In this document: in pieces, positions 1-12,404 of the stretch | How the letters are laid out: every line of letters begins with the position of its first letter | Numbering within the stretch: the stretch's first letter is position 1 | Assembly (NCBI GenBank): GCA_973895155.1 | Contig: OZ316894.1 | Location: 3,186,944 to 3,250,943 of the forward strand | Source: Marsupella aquatica | Taxonomy: Eukaryota; Plantae; Marchantiophyta | Length of the DNA stretch: 64,000 nucleotides | Reading direction: 5' to 3' | Notes under the pieces: model-generated | Databases searched by the model: none | What the model was told of the DNA's origin: nothing | The model's input: only the letters and a program-made list of their open reading frames with translations | Made by a program: the position numbers and the translations under genes

Positions 1-859
1 GGGCTTCAGGAACAGGCTTTTTTGGTCACTAGATTTGTAAGTGGAAAATAGTGTACAACATTTCATTTTAATGTAATTAGGTGCTACAATTATCTACTAT
101 TTAAATAAATTATGGCACCAGCGTTGCCTTTCTGTCAGCCATTCGGGTTAGCCATGATAGCTATGTACAATGAACTAAAATTATGATGTTATCAAATAGT
201 ATATTTCATGTACCCAGTAAAGAGAGCCCCCGAAATCCTCTTGGGTTGTACAGTAGATGCTTTCCAACAGGTAACTTTAAAACTGAACAACAGTCAATAA
301 TCTTCACACGTTTATTCCGTCAGGAATTTGCAAGGCTCTTCACAAGTTTAGGAGGAAGGACCTAACCGAACCTTATCGCAGTAGAAAACAAACTATGTTC
401 GATCTTTCAACGATACGTGGAGATGGGATCGACGGAGGCTCGTGATTGTATCAAACGAGACAGAGGCTATATATCAAGACACCGATGAAGCTGCACCAGA
501 TATACCTCTATCGATGATTTGTACAAGCTAGACAAACCCACAGCACGTTCGTCACGAGTCTAGCGTTGACAGCTACCAAGCTGACCTACGATGCAAAGCT
601 CGTGACTGACGATTTCCAACCTTGAAGAATCGCTGTTGCTCCCCATGAACGACATGGGAGAAGGCGAGAAGCGCCACAATCAAAATGAGCTTGGACAGCT
701 TAAAGAATCGGCTTGGTTCCGATGCAGGCATTTTGCAAAGCTTGCTGTTCGATACTCCGTACTTGCAAAGCATCTAGCCTTCCTGTTCCTACAGTCTGGT
801 CCTCATCCTGTCCGAGAATCAACGTGGCTACTGTAGTGTCGGCCAGTTGGATACTTGGA

Positions 860-1140
860 TCTCAACTTCTCCTCTGACTACCGGTTGTCGAATCCTGCTT
901 GTGATCCTCCTATGCTGCTTACTGATGAGCTCTACTACCGTAGGCTTTTCAAGTTAGTTGCTGCTCACTACTGTAGTTCTGCTGCCGTTGTTGGGAGTCT
1001 TGGGCTTTTTGGCTCCTGGTTTTTCTTAGCATTGGTCTTCCTCTGTTCTTCCCTTAATTCTCCACTTATCGGGTCTCCTGGCTTCCGGGTCGTTCCTGTC
1101 TCTCAGTTTGGCGGTTTTTGCTCTTTGGCAGTATTATGGT
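860..1140 (+). mobile_element. 3' fragment of CRE-like (RLE) non-LTR retrotransposon
   Basis: Translation DPPMLLTDELYY resembles DPPMQFTPELYP at the C-terminus of the 53.4-54.2 kb element. It is followed by a T-rich 3' UTR carrying the shared motif TGTCTCTCAGTTTGGCGGTTTTTG (from 1097). Boundaries are approximate. Confidence 0.55.
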
Positions 1141-1591
1141 AAATCCTGTGTGAATTGAGCTGAAGATGGTGACAAGCATGCAACTTTTGTGACAAGGACT
1201 GGTGGCCAACTGGGAAGAATGTCAGGGTGAGGAGAGTGACTACTTTACTGGGGGAGTCGTGGGAGAGATTGGAGTCCCCTCCTCTCCCCCTCAGGAGTGG
1301 TGGCGAATTGGTGGACTGAAGTACAACTTGTGATAGTTTGGCAGATTCTCCATTTTTCCCCATGTTGAAGTGACCAGCAATATTTTGAGGTAAGAATGTG
1401 GCGAAAACTCTCCAGTAGAAAAAACGCTGCTCTGCACCTATGAGAAACAACCTGCCACGGCCGAGATGCGAAGCTTGTGCTCAGGATCGGGGCTTCACTT
1501 TTGCAGTAAAAATTCTTACTTACAAAAATGCAATGTGCGTGTTCAGTGACACTCCGTATACAGCAACCCTTAGAATTAGATTTGAACATTC

Positions 1592-1823
1592 CTTTTGCCT
1601 TGAAACATCCAATTGAATTATTCCATTCAAGAGGTAGAGTACAACTTACAGGGAGGCCCACGAAAGGGGGACACACCCAGAGGAACCGGAGGTTGACGTG
1701 CTAAAAGCCGGGGGAGCCGGCACCACGGTAGAAGAAAGGGCTCCAGAGTCCAGAGGGAGACAGCTAAACAAGTCGTTCAACTACTGTAAAGGGAGCAGCA
1801 CTCTCTGTAAGACCGGCCAGTGA
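1592..1823 (-). mobile_element. Short 5'-truncated retroposed insertion (LINE 3' end or SINE-like)
   Basis: Flanked by a 14-bp direct repeat with one mismatch: AGATTTGAACATTC (1578-1591) and AGATTTGAACTTTC (1824-1837). The minus-strand 3' end TTTCAAGGCAAAAG resembles the end of the insert at 54811-55081. Confidence 0.55.
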
Positions 1824-2723
1824 AGATTTGAACTTTCAAGACAATTATATTGAAGAAGGTATATACTTACCCACTTTACATGCACTACAAGACAATATAA
1901 AATGAACCAGCTTCACAGTGATGCCTCCGAGACTATCCTGGAGATGTCAGCGATTTTGGCGTGGATCAATCAAATAGGATGGCGCGCGCCTCTTTATTTG
2001 GCGGTAAGAGTGGGTGAGTGGATGGTGTTGAAAGTCCCATGATTAAGGTGTGTAGCATGCTTTCAATCATGCGTTTGAGGCACAATCCCATGTCAGAATA
2101 TCGCTGCACGAAGCCTATTTTTGACGATTGGAGTTCCGGTGACAGAAGTCAGTAACGTCCAGCGGCGGCTGTCTTCATGTATGTGTGGCCACAGTTTGAG
2201 CCTTTTGAGGCTTTTCAGGCACGAATCTGGCCACAATGTTGAAGCATGGAGCAAACTCTGAGAAGGATTGAATGTAATGAAGGTGACAGTGAGAGAATGA
2301 TCGATATTAAACTTTAGCTCGGATATCATTCCTGTAGCACGCCAGAACTCAATGACAACAGGTGGTCATGGAAGAAACGGAAAGTTGGCATGTTAAAATT
2401 CTCGAGGCAAGAATGTCTCATCAAGGCCTCAAATAAACCGATCTGCAGTGAGTCCTCACTCTGCAGTCTTCACTATCTTGCGCGTAGAAATGACGGTGTA
2501 AGGTGAATACGTTTCTCCATCGTATCATCGCCCGTTCGTCACCCACTTCTGCTTGCTGTCGTGTTGAACTTTGAGTCGGACTTCGCAAGAAATCGAGACA
2601 CGCTGCATAGTCATGTTGCCCTTTCCAGGAGGTGCCCAGTAACAACTATCTTAGAAGAGTATCAACTTAGTATAGTATTCAAGGCCTGGCCGTAATTGCA
2701 CATCAAAGTAGCAAGGTTATTAA

Positions 2724-2900
2724 GGTGCTACATGGCAAGTGTCCAAAGGTTGAATGTATTTTCTGTACCTCAATAAACCCAGTTGGTGCTACGTGGCAAG
2801 TTTCCAAAGCTTCAATGGATTTTCTATTGATATCACATAAACCCAATTGTTCCTAAGGTTGAAGATATTTAATTCCAGGATAAACCCAGGATAAACCCAA
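2724..2900. repeat. Degenerate tandem duplication, ~61-bp period
   Basis: GGTGCTACRTGGCAAGTKTCCAAAG at 2724 and 2785, followed by repeated ATAAACCCA motifs. Confidence 0.75.
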
Positions 2901-3149
2901 TAGTCCTTTTATATGAGCTGAGTGTTATGTGTCCCATGTGCAATTACCATATTAACTATATTCAAGTGGATTTAAAGCAGAGCAGTACTGAACTACTGAT
3001 CAACCTACCTTAGTGCCATCCTTGGAGCCAACAATTAATTAACTATTAAAATCCTTGCCATTTGTTTGAGAACAAAATTAATAGGTTATTAAAATCTAGG
3101 ACTGCTTGTGGCACTTTGCAGGATTTTGTGATGTAAATTTTGAGGTGAC

Positions 3150-5490
3150 CCTCTTATGCAGTTTTCCTCTTGATCACTACCAGGCTTGTCAGTCTTCCCC
3201 AGGTAGGGTTTTAGTCTACTCAACTATTTTGTGGGCTTTTTGTTCTTATGGGGATTCCTGGCTTGTTGGGCCTCGTAGGTCTTACTCCTTGAGTAAAAGG
3301 GGTCTTTCCCTTTTCCTCTTCCCTTCTTTTATGGATCAGGGTGTCAGGGTCATCCTTAGTTTGGGGGGGGGGGGGCTTTTTGCCATCACCTATTTTACAG
3401 CTTTACGGGAAGCTGCCGTGGCCCACCCGCAGTGTATCTTCCCCTCCCTTTCAGATGACACCCACATCATTGGTCCTCCCGCAGAGGTTACTTCTACCCT
3501 CGCCACTCTTTCCACCCATTTGATGGGCCCCGGTTTACGGGTTCAACCTGTGAAGAGTCGTGCATGGAGTCCAACTGGGTTACCCTCTGATCTTGCACTT
3601 CCCACTGGGTTCCTACGTCCAGCCAACGGTCTTCGGGTCCTTAGCTCCCCAATAGGTACCGCCTGGCTCCTTTTGCTCATCTTTCATTGCTGACACTCTA
3701 CAGGCTGCCATAGCCCCTACTCCTATGGTCCCTAAGTTAGCAGATTCTCACGTAGTATTTGGGATGTTGTTGAGGTGCATCCACCCTTGTGCGTCTTATT
3801 TGGCTAGGACGCATCCCCCTACCGAGGGTCTTTGTCTCCACCTTCAAGCGTTTGACGTCTCCATTCGTGAGTCTTTTGCCTCTCTTTTAGGGCCAGGTAC
3901 ATTGCTCTCAGCTCAATGGCTTCATCGACAGCTCAGTCTTCCTATTTTTCAAGGGGGGTTTGGGCTTACTTCCATTGAGTGCCTTGCACCTTTAGCCTTT
4001 TTGGGCGCGTGGGCGGCCGTCTTCTCATTGTTGGCCGATCGTTTCCTTACTGAGGATCGCTCTTTTTTACTTTCATCTCTCATGGAGGTAGAGGAGGGTT
4101 CCCTGGCTCCCATTTCAGGTTCGTTTGCGCATGGCGCGGTCATCATTACCAGATTCTGTTCGCGCTACGTTACCTTCATTTCAGGAGTTTTTATCCTTGG
4201 ACCCTGTCCGTCTTGAGGTAGACCTTGTTGGGCGTATGCACGCTTTCACCCTCTTCAGCATCCTCTCCGAGGCACCTGACACGGACTGAGCTCGGATTCT
4301 GTCTTCCGGAGGGAAGGGCACAGGAGGATGGCTTCAGGCCAATCCAGTCATTCTTCATTTGCGGATGTCTTTCGCGGAGTTCTCGACAACCATGCGTCTT
4401 CGTATGGGGTTGCCCCACCCACTTTTTGCAGGTTTACCTCCTTCTTCTACTTGTGGGAAGCCTTGTGATGCCACAGGTGTCCATCTTCTTTGGTGCAATT
4501 TGGGAGGTGAAACCATTATTGTTCACGACGTTGTGAGAGATGCGACTGCTAAGGTTCTCTCGGGCTCTTTGGTATGTGTGCGGCAGGAGGTGGTACTCGA
4601 GTAACCTGGTCCTCCATCATAGCGGTTACGGGTGGATCTTACCATGGTCCGTGAGGGTCAACGTACTTTGGCAGACGTAGTGGTGGCAAATCCATTGCAC
4701 CAAGACATCATTGGGATAGCGGCAACAACGGCAGGGGCAGCAGTGTCACATGCGGCAACAACAAATGAGGCCAAATATATGCTGCACAAGCTTCATCTGA
4801 TAGCTGCCTTCCTCCCCCTTGCTCTTGAGATATTCGGGTGTCTTCATCATCAGTTTGACGGGCTTTTTCGATAAGCTGCCCGGGATGTTCATGGCCGGAT
4901 GGGTCCCACTGGGCCCCCGCTATCTGTTTTGACCATGCACTTTCGCCAACACATTTCAGTCACCTTACAGCATGCTCACGCTCGGGCCATCTATCGTCGA
5001 TCTCTTACAGTAGGTGCTAGTGTGCCCCGCAGCGGCTCACTCCCCTAGAGGACGTTCCAATCCCACTTGCCAATTTAGTTTTGACACTTGATGTGGACCA
5101 TTAGCTTTTTGTCACATTTGCTAGGAATGATGAGGACCTCGGTCCGTTTGGGTTAGTTTTCGTTCCTCTTTCTTGGTTTTTACGGGTTCCCGATATAGTG
5201 CTCACTTCTTAGTTTTAGTTCTCCTTTCTTGGTTTTTAAGGGTTTGCTATTGAATGCTCACTTCCTAGTTGTAGTTTGTCTTTCTTGGTTTTTAGGGATT
5301 CCCTAATGCTCATTTCTTTTATGTTTGGTTTTGTCCACTTGGACCCTCTTTTGTTTGTTCTTTTGTACTCTATTTGGTCATTTTCTGTAAAAAGTTTGTA
5401 TATATATTTTTTCCTTCTTTTATTAAGTAGTTTTGTTATTAGTACATTCTCTTCGGATGTGGAGCTTTTGTCCTTTGGGACATATATAAT
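3150..5490 (+). mobile_element. Decayed, 5'-truncated CRE-like non-LTR retrotransposon (RT plus restriction-like endonuclease)
   Basis: Frameshifted ORF pieces occur in the expected order: RT core (..SLSDDTHIIGP, a YxDD equivalent); QLSLPIFQGGFGL; MRLRMGLPHP; zinc knuckle remnant TCGKPCDATGVHLLWC..HDVVRD; RLE motifs VDLT..LADVVVANP, EAKY and FLPLALEIFG. A T-rich 3' UTR follows, with three ~57-bp repeats (5155-5320). No TSD was identified, so ends are approximate. Confidence 0.85.
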
Positions 5491-5735
5491 TTTGGTATAT
5501 CCTAAACATCTTGATGCTAACCACTGATTTTCTTTTGACCATTGTTATAAAAATTGAAAACTATAAACAGGAGAATATAGTTCAGTCACACTATGAATAA
5601 AGTAACCTCGTTATTATATTGATAGATTTGATACAATAAACTCAGCAATTTAAGTTTTCGAGGTAGAGCCCGTATGACAAGAATTTGGCGCTACTGCAAT
5701 GACTATGCATCCAGTGGAAAGTAGGCGCACAAATG

Positions 5736-6070
5736 GTTACTTCCGTTTGTCTTTATCTGGAAGATTCTGAGTCTATAAATGTTATTTCCATTTGTCTTTA
5801 CTTGGAAGATTCTGAGTGTGCATTCGAAAGTAGATTCGCAAAGTGTACTTGGCTTTGCTTTCTGAAGATTTTGGGCTACTTGATCTTCTTTTTGTTTTCT
5901 TAGCTTCCCGCTTAGCTTGCCTTTCGGATCCGGCTATTTTTTGTTTTTTGGCAACATAATTTATGGTATATGTCACTCACTAATGTTGGTTGAAGGCGGA
6001 CCATACAGTACATCAAATGTCAACTCACTAATGTTGGTTGAAGGCGGACAATATATATATCAAATGTCAA
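5736..6070. repeat. Two short tandem duplications (~44 bp and ~49 bp)
   Basis: TTTGTCTTTA..TGGAAGATTCTGAGT x2 (5736-5818) and ACTCACTAATGTTGGTTGAAGGCGGAC..ATCAAATGTCAA x2 (5973-6070). Confidence 0.8.
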
Positions 6071-8458
6071 ACACTGAGTGACTCGTGTAGAAGAGTGAAC
6101 CCGTGTGCACCAATCAACACTTATCCACAAAATGCAATATGTTATAAGTGCATGAAATATCATTTGTATATTTTTTAATATTGTTTGTACCATCTAAAAA
6201 GTGCATGGGAAATCACTTATGCACTTCTCAGTTATGTTGTCCGGTTCACACATGACAATATTCACGCCTAAACTGGAAAAGTGCATAAAGCTATTTTCTT
6301 TAGTTTTTTGTTGCACTAATCAATAAATACTTTTCATGTGCATTACAGTAACTTAAATGCATGTGTACACTTATAGATGGAAATGCACTTGTGTATCTGT
6401 TGTTTAGTGTTGATATTTTGTTGTTTAGTGAGGGTAGACCTGCAGGTATGTAAAATGCTTTTTTTTGGTTTATTTAGAAAAAGCCTTGTAATATGAGAGG
6501 ATTGTAAGCTTGCACTAATACACAGGACGCACTCAACCATGTTGCACTTGTACCTAAACAGTGACTAGACTGATTTGTGTGAGCCACAATGTGTGATTGA
6601 GGCAAACAAAATGGTTTTCCCTCTTTCAATCGTCTGATAAGCAGTTGATATTTGTACATTGTAAAGCACGCCCTTTCATGGTGTGATCCTTTTTGGTTTC
6701 CTTGTTTGCTCCACTTCTACTGAAGATTGATGCAATCCACTCATCAAGAAAAGAGAGCCCAATGCATCAGAAAAATAAATTATTTGCTCTGGGTGAAGGG
6801 TTTTCCCATGTTTTGAATTAATTCAAATCAGACTGGGGAAAAGGAGAACCATAACATAATCACTCAGGCCTAGAAGGTCTGTGAACTTTTTCAGCAGGCC
6901 ACGTGGGTTATGCTGGTCCATCCTGGCATTTTGTCAAATGTTTAGGTCTATTTGGGCAGTCTCCTCAGGCTTGGTTTTTGTGTTAAGAAAAAACATTGCC
7001 ACGAGAGTTCCCCATTAAAAACAAATTAGCAGGGTAGCATTGTGGACAATTACGTGGTGCTTGCTTTGTAGGAACTTTATTGCATGTCAAGTTATACAAT
7101 ATCAATTATATCCACCTAATGGTATCACGTGGTTGCTGGTGGAGCATCATCCTCAGCACATCAGGATGGCTAAAAATGTTTGGATTTTGGATTCGGAGAG
7201 AGAAAATGATGTCCTTGGATAGACCGTTCAAGTCTCCAAAACACTCCATCTCAACTCACAATCCACTCACTATACACTCGTAAGGAATCTGATTTGAATG
7301 ACTGTGTATAGTAAGCCCGACAGTAAAGCCCTCTCATGAGGGCATTGTCCCTGATAAAGCCCAATGTGCTCTTCCAGAAGAATTTGTCATTGTGGAGGGC
7401 TTTAGGGTGATTGGTGCCCCAGTCAGATTTTGCATTTCTAGACTGTGGGAAGGAGTCTCGGAAGGAGTCACAAATCCGCCCAGGATGCTGATGTAGCTGC
7501 CAAGGGCACTATGTCAAAATTCAAAAGTGCCAACAAAGTACATCAAAAAGGGCGAAATGTCATCTAAGCAAAAAGATGTGAAATAAAAGAAGAAGAAGGG
7601 CTCACATTAAAAGGGGGAAATGTCATCTAAAGCTTGTAACTAGGGTTTTCAGAAAATATGTATGAACCCCTTGCATATTCACACTCTACTTTGGATGTTG
7701 ACGATTAGTGGATCTATTTGTAACGGTCAGGAAGCATTTTGTGCAACTTTTGCAGACTCAAAAAATTAATATTCTACTAGTAAACGTGTTCAGCTAGGCA
7801 TGAGTTGTACAGAAGCAAATATCAAGCATGAAAAGGGTTTTCCAACTAAAACTCTCTAAGAATTTTTTCATGAAACTTTCACCAAAGTTTATAAATCAGG
7901 GAAAAACAGAGTACAATGAAAGGAAAGAAAAAGAGGTCCAAAGAGGAGTTTTTTTTTTCAAACAAACTCTATTTGTACTAATTTTTGTGACCTTTTCAGA
8001 GGATATGTACCTCACAAACACTCTTGGCAACTGCTGTAGCTCTATACAAAAACTTTATTTGAGCATAATTTTGTTCATGTTTGAAATTTTTGGACCTGAT
8101 GTGGGTGATTCATAACATTTTGTCCCTGATTTGTTTTTGGGGTCTTTTCCCCAACATTTTCCACTTTCTTCCCTCTCTGATCGTTTTTTTCCTTTGAAGT
8201 TAGAAACTATTTCAATTTTGAAAAGCAAGAGGATAATATTCTATTGCAAATCGACAGAGAAATACGAGGGCAAGTAGCGCGAGGTAAGGAGAGACTCGTG
8301 GGCTGCAGCACTCCGATGAGCGAAACCAATCCACAACCAAAACCAACCAAAGGCGAACAACCATAAGAGCCAAATAAGGGCTAGCATACCGTCCATACAG
8401 GACAAGAAGAATCCAGTCACACAGACTAAACGATAAGACAGAGTATCATGGATAACTT

Positions 8459-8552
8459 CTTCTTTTTTAAATAAAATAAAATAAAATATATGGGGACACC
8501 CCGGAAACTTGATTCAACCAGAAGAGAAAACAACAGCTGCCCGGGAGAAGGG
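8459..8552 (-). mobile_element. 94-bp retroposed insertion with 22-bp TSD
   Basis: Perfect direct repeat GACAGAGTATCATGGATAACTT at 8437-8458 and 8553-8574. The minus-strand 3' end is (TTTTA)n followed by an A-rich tail. Confidence 0.7.
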
Positions 8553-9029
8553 GACAGAGTATCATGGATAACTTTAACCAAGCGAACCAAGGTTTCTTCT
8601 GATTAAAAAAAATGTATAAAAGAATGAGGCTATTTTAATCGTTTCTATGCTACATGTCACTTGCACTGATTGTGCCTCCCCAAGGCGATCCAGACCCTAC
8701 ATTCCACCCCTCATATCCATCTGTGCTGGATACACCTCTCCAAGATGACTATTCAACCGTCCTATTTTTATTATTATGGGATTGGTTTTTTCTTTGGAGA
8801 GGACCACAAGTTTGCTTGGAGCCTAGGACTCGTAACAAATAGAGACAACCGTTGTATCTTATTATTCCTAGCCCAAGTACCAGTGCTATGCATGGAAAGG
8901 GCTCCCCACACCCAAATTCCCCATGTCCATCGTCTCACGAGCATAAGCTATTCATCAAAATTTTCTGTTTCCAAAGAAATTAGCCTATAGCATCACTTTA
9001 CAAGATGGGAGGGAAACTTTGATCATGAA

Positions 9030-9150
9030 CTATAATATGTAGAAAGTGCCAAAAGGCAAAAACACCGAACCGGGAGACAGGGAGAAAGGAAGGAGGAAAG
9101 GCCCCACGAAGACCAAAGAGGTTGAACAAGTGAAGGAGCCCAGAAGACTT
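9030..9150 (-). mobile_element. Extreme 3' UTR fragment of CRE-like element
   Basis: The minus strand reads TGTCTCCCGGTTCGGTGTTTTTGCCTTTTGGC, matching the 3' UTR motif at 1097-1130 (+) and 53408-53440 (-). Confidence 0.45.
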
Positions 9151-9274
9151 TGTCATTGAAGATAAACTTGAATAGCAAGGTATAGAAGGTGGTCCAATAG
9201 CTTATACTATAGATATATAGAGAGATAGATGGGAATTGTTCGTTTTACAAAGGACCAAATGTTTGCTTGGACTC

Positions 9275-9541
9275 TTAAACCACACCTGCCACTATAAAGC
9301 CTCATTCCATGTCTCACTATTCACCATTAAAGGTGGAACACTGCCACTATAAAGCCTCATTCCATGTCTCACTATTCACCATTAAAGGTGTAACACTAGC
9401 ACGCTTTGTGGAGTACCTGCCAAAAAAATGTTTTGCAGTCAGCATTTTTTGTGGAACTCAAAGTCCATTTTTGAACTTGCACTCCTTAGAATGAGAGCTA
9501 CGGGTTACCCGTAGCCCTTTAAAGGGGCAGGTGTGGTTTAA
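9275..9541. mobile_element. MITE-like non-autonomous TIR element bounded by TTAA
   Basis: Perfect 16-bp inverted repeat TTAAACCACACCTGCC (9275-9290) / GGCAGGTGTGGTTTAA (9526-9541), extendable to ~25 bp with 2 mismatches. It contains a 55-bp tandem duplication and the palindrome GCTACGGGT-T-ACCCGTAGC (imperfect at centre; 9497-9515). Confidence 0.65.
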
Positions 9542-9618
9542 CAGGTAGAGACAAGCAGTGTCTTTTTTAAATAATTATTATTAGCCTGAATACCGACTAG
9601 TATGTACAGGGATGGATA

Positions 9619-9845
9619 GGCAGTGGGATATGGAGAAAGAACACACTCACTAACAATGAGGTTTATCTCGATATGGACGTCTCCTTAACCTGTGGGCACT
9701 TGCCAAGTAGCACATATACACCCTATATGCCGGCAGTGGGATATGCAGAAGGAACAAAACTCTGCAACAATGAGGTTTATCTTGATATTGAAAGTCTCTT
9801 TAACCTGTGAGCACTTGCCAAGTAGCACAATACACCCTATATGCT
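9619..9845. repeat. Tandem duplication, ~113-bp period
   Basis: GGCAGTGGGATATG...AACAATGAGGTTTATCT...GCACTTGCCAAGTAGCACA..TACACCCTATATGC x2. Confidence 0.85.
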
Positions 9846-12404
9846 GTTGCTTTTAATGCACAGTTACTGCTAAGCTTCCCGGACTTCCCATGCCAGCCCT
9901 TACTCAAAGCACAGCCTCTATATCCAAAGTTTTCTGTTACCATATAAATTTGCCTATTAATTGTCTTACTTTACAGAGTAGGCCGTGGACTGGCAGACCT
10001 ACTGTAGATCACGACTTATAATTATTGGATAGATAAATATGCTGCTTCATGGACGGTAGACTTCCGTTACTGTAGACTTCGCTCAAGAATCATACTATTA
10101 GACTACAGCTAGACTACGGGCTAATGGAGGACAAAAAACCTACAGAGTTTTTTAGCCCAAAGTGGTGAAGCCTTTTTGGAATGATGCGAAATTTCGCCTG
10201 TAAGAAGAAAACAACGCTGCTTTGTGATGACAAACAGCGATGGTGGCGGGCAGTTGACATTCACACGAGTCCATGGCAAATTTGCCTGCACGAGAAAGCG
10301 TGTGGGGCGACAGTCAAGTACCAGGCAGCAGCTGGAGCAAGGTGAGTTGAGCTGAGTGAGGACCACAACTTGCCGTGAGACCAGTGACACACCAAGGCTC
10401 AATCCGTCGACGAGTCGGTCACAGCCGCTGCCTTCTGGGAAATTGAGTCCGACACTCATTATATTGCCAGAGCAGGTGATGGTTCTGGTCCTTTCGTCTG
10501 AGTTCTGTTTTCGATGAGCAGATAGCGAAGCCGTTCTGCACAATCATGCTCTGGCAGTGTGAAGGGATGAGGGTGTGTGCTGTGCTCAGAGGATGTGACG
10601 TGAATCAATGAGGGTTGTTTCTACTGCTGGAGATGAATTAGATTGAAGCTTATGTTTCTTTCGTATGTTTTCCTGGAAGTGTGTTGATGGGCGGAAGGAG
10701 ACGTTGGTGTCCAGATAACGTAATCTCGATCTGTGAATAGATAAGGGACTGCTGTGCCCGGAGGATGTGACACGATTCAATGAGACTTGCTGCTGCTGCT
10801 GTTGAAATTGAATTGAATTGAAGCCGCGTGGTGGGGTGGTCTGGTTGGTGGAACTGCTGGTATGCTACGGATGTTGGATCCGTAAGAGGAAGCTGCGCTT
10901 GTTTGCGTTTTCCAGGGGGCTGATGAAGGTGGTGGTCCTGATCAGGATGATGACAACGATTCCAATTTGTGTATTTAGCAGGCCTGTTGTTGTAAATTGA
11001 GCTGGAGGAGGTGAGATGTGGGCATAGAGTTCATCCGGGAGGAGAAAAGTCCCCGTCGTTGGTAATTATTCGGGACCATTTCTGGTATGTGATGAGTAGA
11101 TAGATTCGTCCTGCCAGCTTTTGCGTCGCTTCCTCTCGACTTTGTAGTTTGATTCAATGCGGGTTGTATCAGCTAGCCATCGTCTGAATTGTCTAGACTT
11201 TTCTTTCCAAAGATAAGAAGGCGGTGAGTGAGTTCGTCCAAAGAGAGTTGCGTGGTGATGAAGACTGCTGAGCCAGCTGGGCCAAGGCCACGGGCTCGCA
11301 ATTTACTCTGTTCTGCAGAGACATGTTATCTGTTTTCTAGGAGTTTGATCTGCCCTTCTCAGCTTGGTAGCTCCGTTCAGTGTGGTCGTCGTCAACCACC
11401 ATCCTTCTTGGCTTGTGAATTGTCCAGCCTGCCTTTAAACTTTTGAAAGGGGGTGGGGGGGAGGGGGGGGGGCGGGGGGGGGCAGGCTGTTTGAGTGACT
11501 TGTGTAGTGAAGGCAGGTGAGCTGGGCCCCTGGATTGCCTAATATAGCTGGGGGTTTAGATTCATTCGAGAGCTGTATTGTGAAGCTGTCTTACTGACGT
11601 AGATTGGTGCTGCTTGAAATTGTCCAGAAGGAGTGAAGTTGCTTCCTGCACAACAGCGACGATTTTGAAGGCCCCTTCAAGACAAAACGTTTCGAGCCAT
11701 GTGATGCAGACGGGTCTTATCAGAGTTCGTTGTTCAAGCCAAGAGAAAAGCTACAGATTGTGATTGGGATCTATCGGCGTGTCGTTGGGGAAAGTAATGG
11801 CTTGAAGGGATAGAGACTGAGCAATGCAAAACGATTGGGACGTAGTGGTAGACTCCTCGAGCAGCAAAGAGTTCCGATAAAAGTTCTTTCGTTTGACCCA
11901 CTCTGGCACCCTTACTGCATTGTAAAGGACAGGAAAGGAGATGGGAGAATTACCATCAATGCGACTAGACCATCCGGATATCTATTCTCACGAGTGATCG
12001 AAAACCTGGGAAGCTGTGTGATTGCAAGTCTGAACGGAGGAGTTTCAGGGGGAGGGGAAGTATATTGTACCGGATTGCGCCGTTGGGGTGGTGACTTGTG
12101 CGGTTCTATAAGTGATTTGAAGAAGAAGAACGACACCAGAGGCAGGGTCTTGGCAGTACGCGGGCGAGTCTAGCGGTGATATCAGTTGGTGCGTTTGGTA
12201 GATGCGGTCAATCTAGCTGGGTCAAAACAGTTCAGAAGCTGCAGACGAGAATTTGAGTGGGAGAACAAGTCTTGACTGAGAGATCTCTGAAGTGTTCAGG
12301 AACTTGAGGCCTACAAGATCTGGAATGAAGTCTACTTTATTGAGTTTAGAAGTGGTCGGAAGCTAAATACGAGAGGGTACGCAGGGTTTGGCAGTTGGGT
12401 GCCA

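Noticed and set aside
340-800. Possible LTR fragment
   Set aside because: LTR-like composition, but no TG...CA ends, TSD, PBS or second copy visible in the window.
8305-8330. Possible hammerhead ribozyme core (CCGATGAGCGAAAC)
   Set aside because: Lacks the CUGA core and has no flanking stems.
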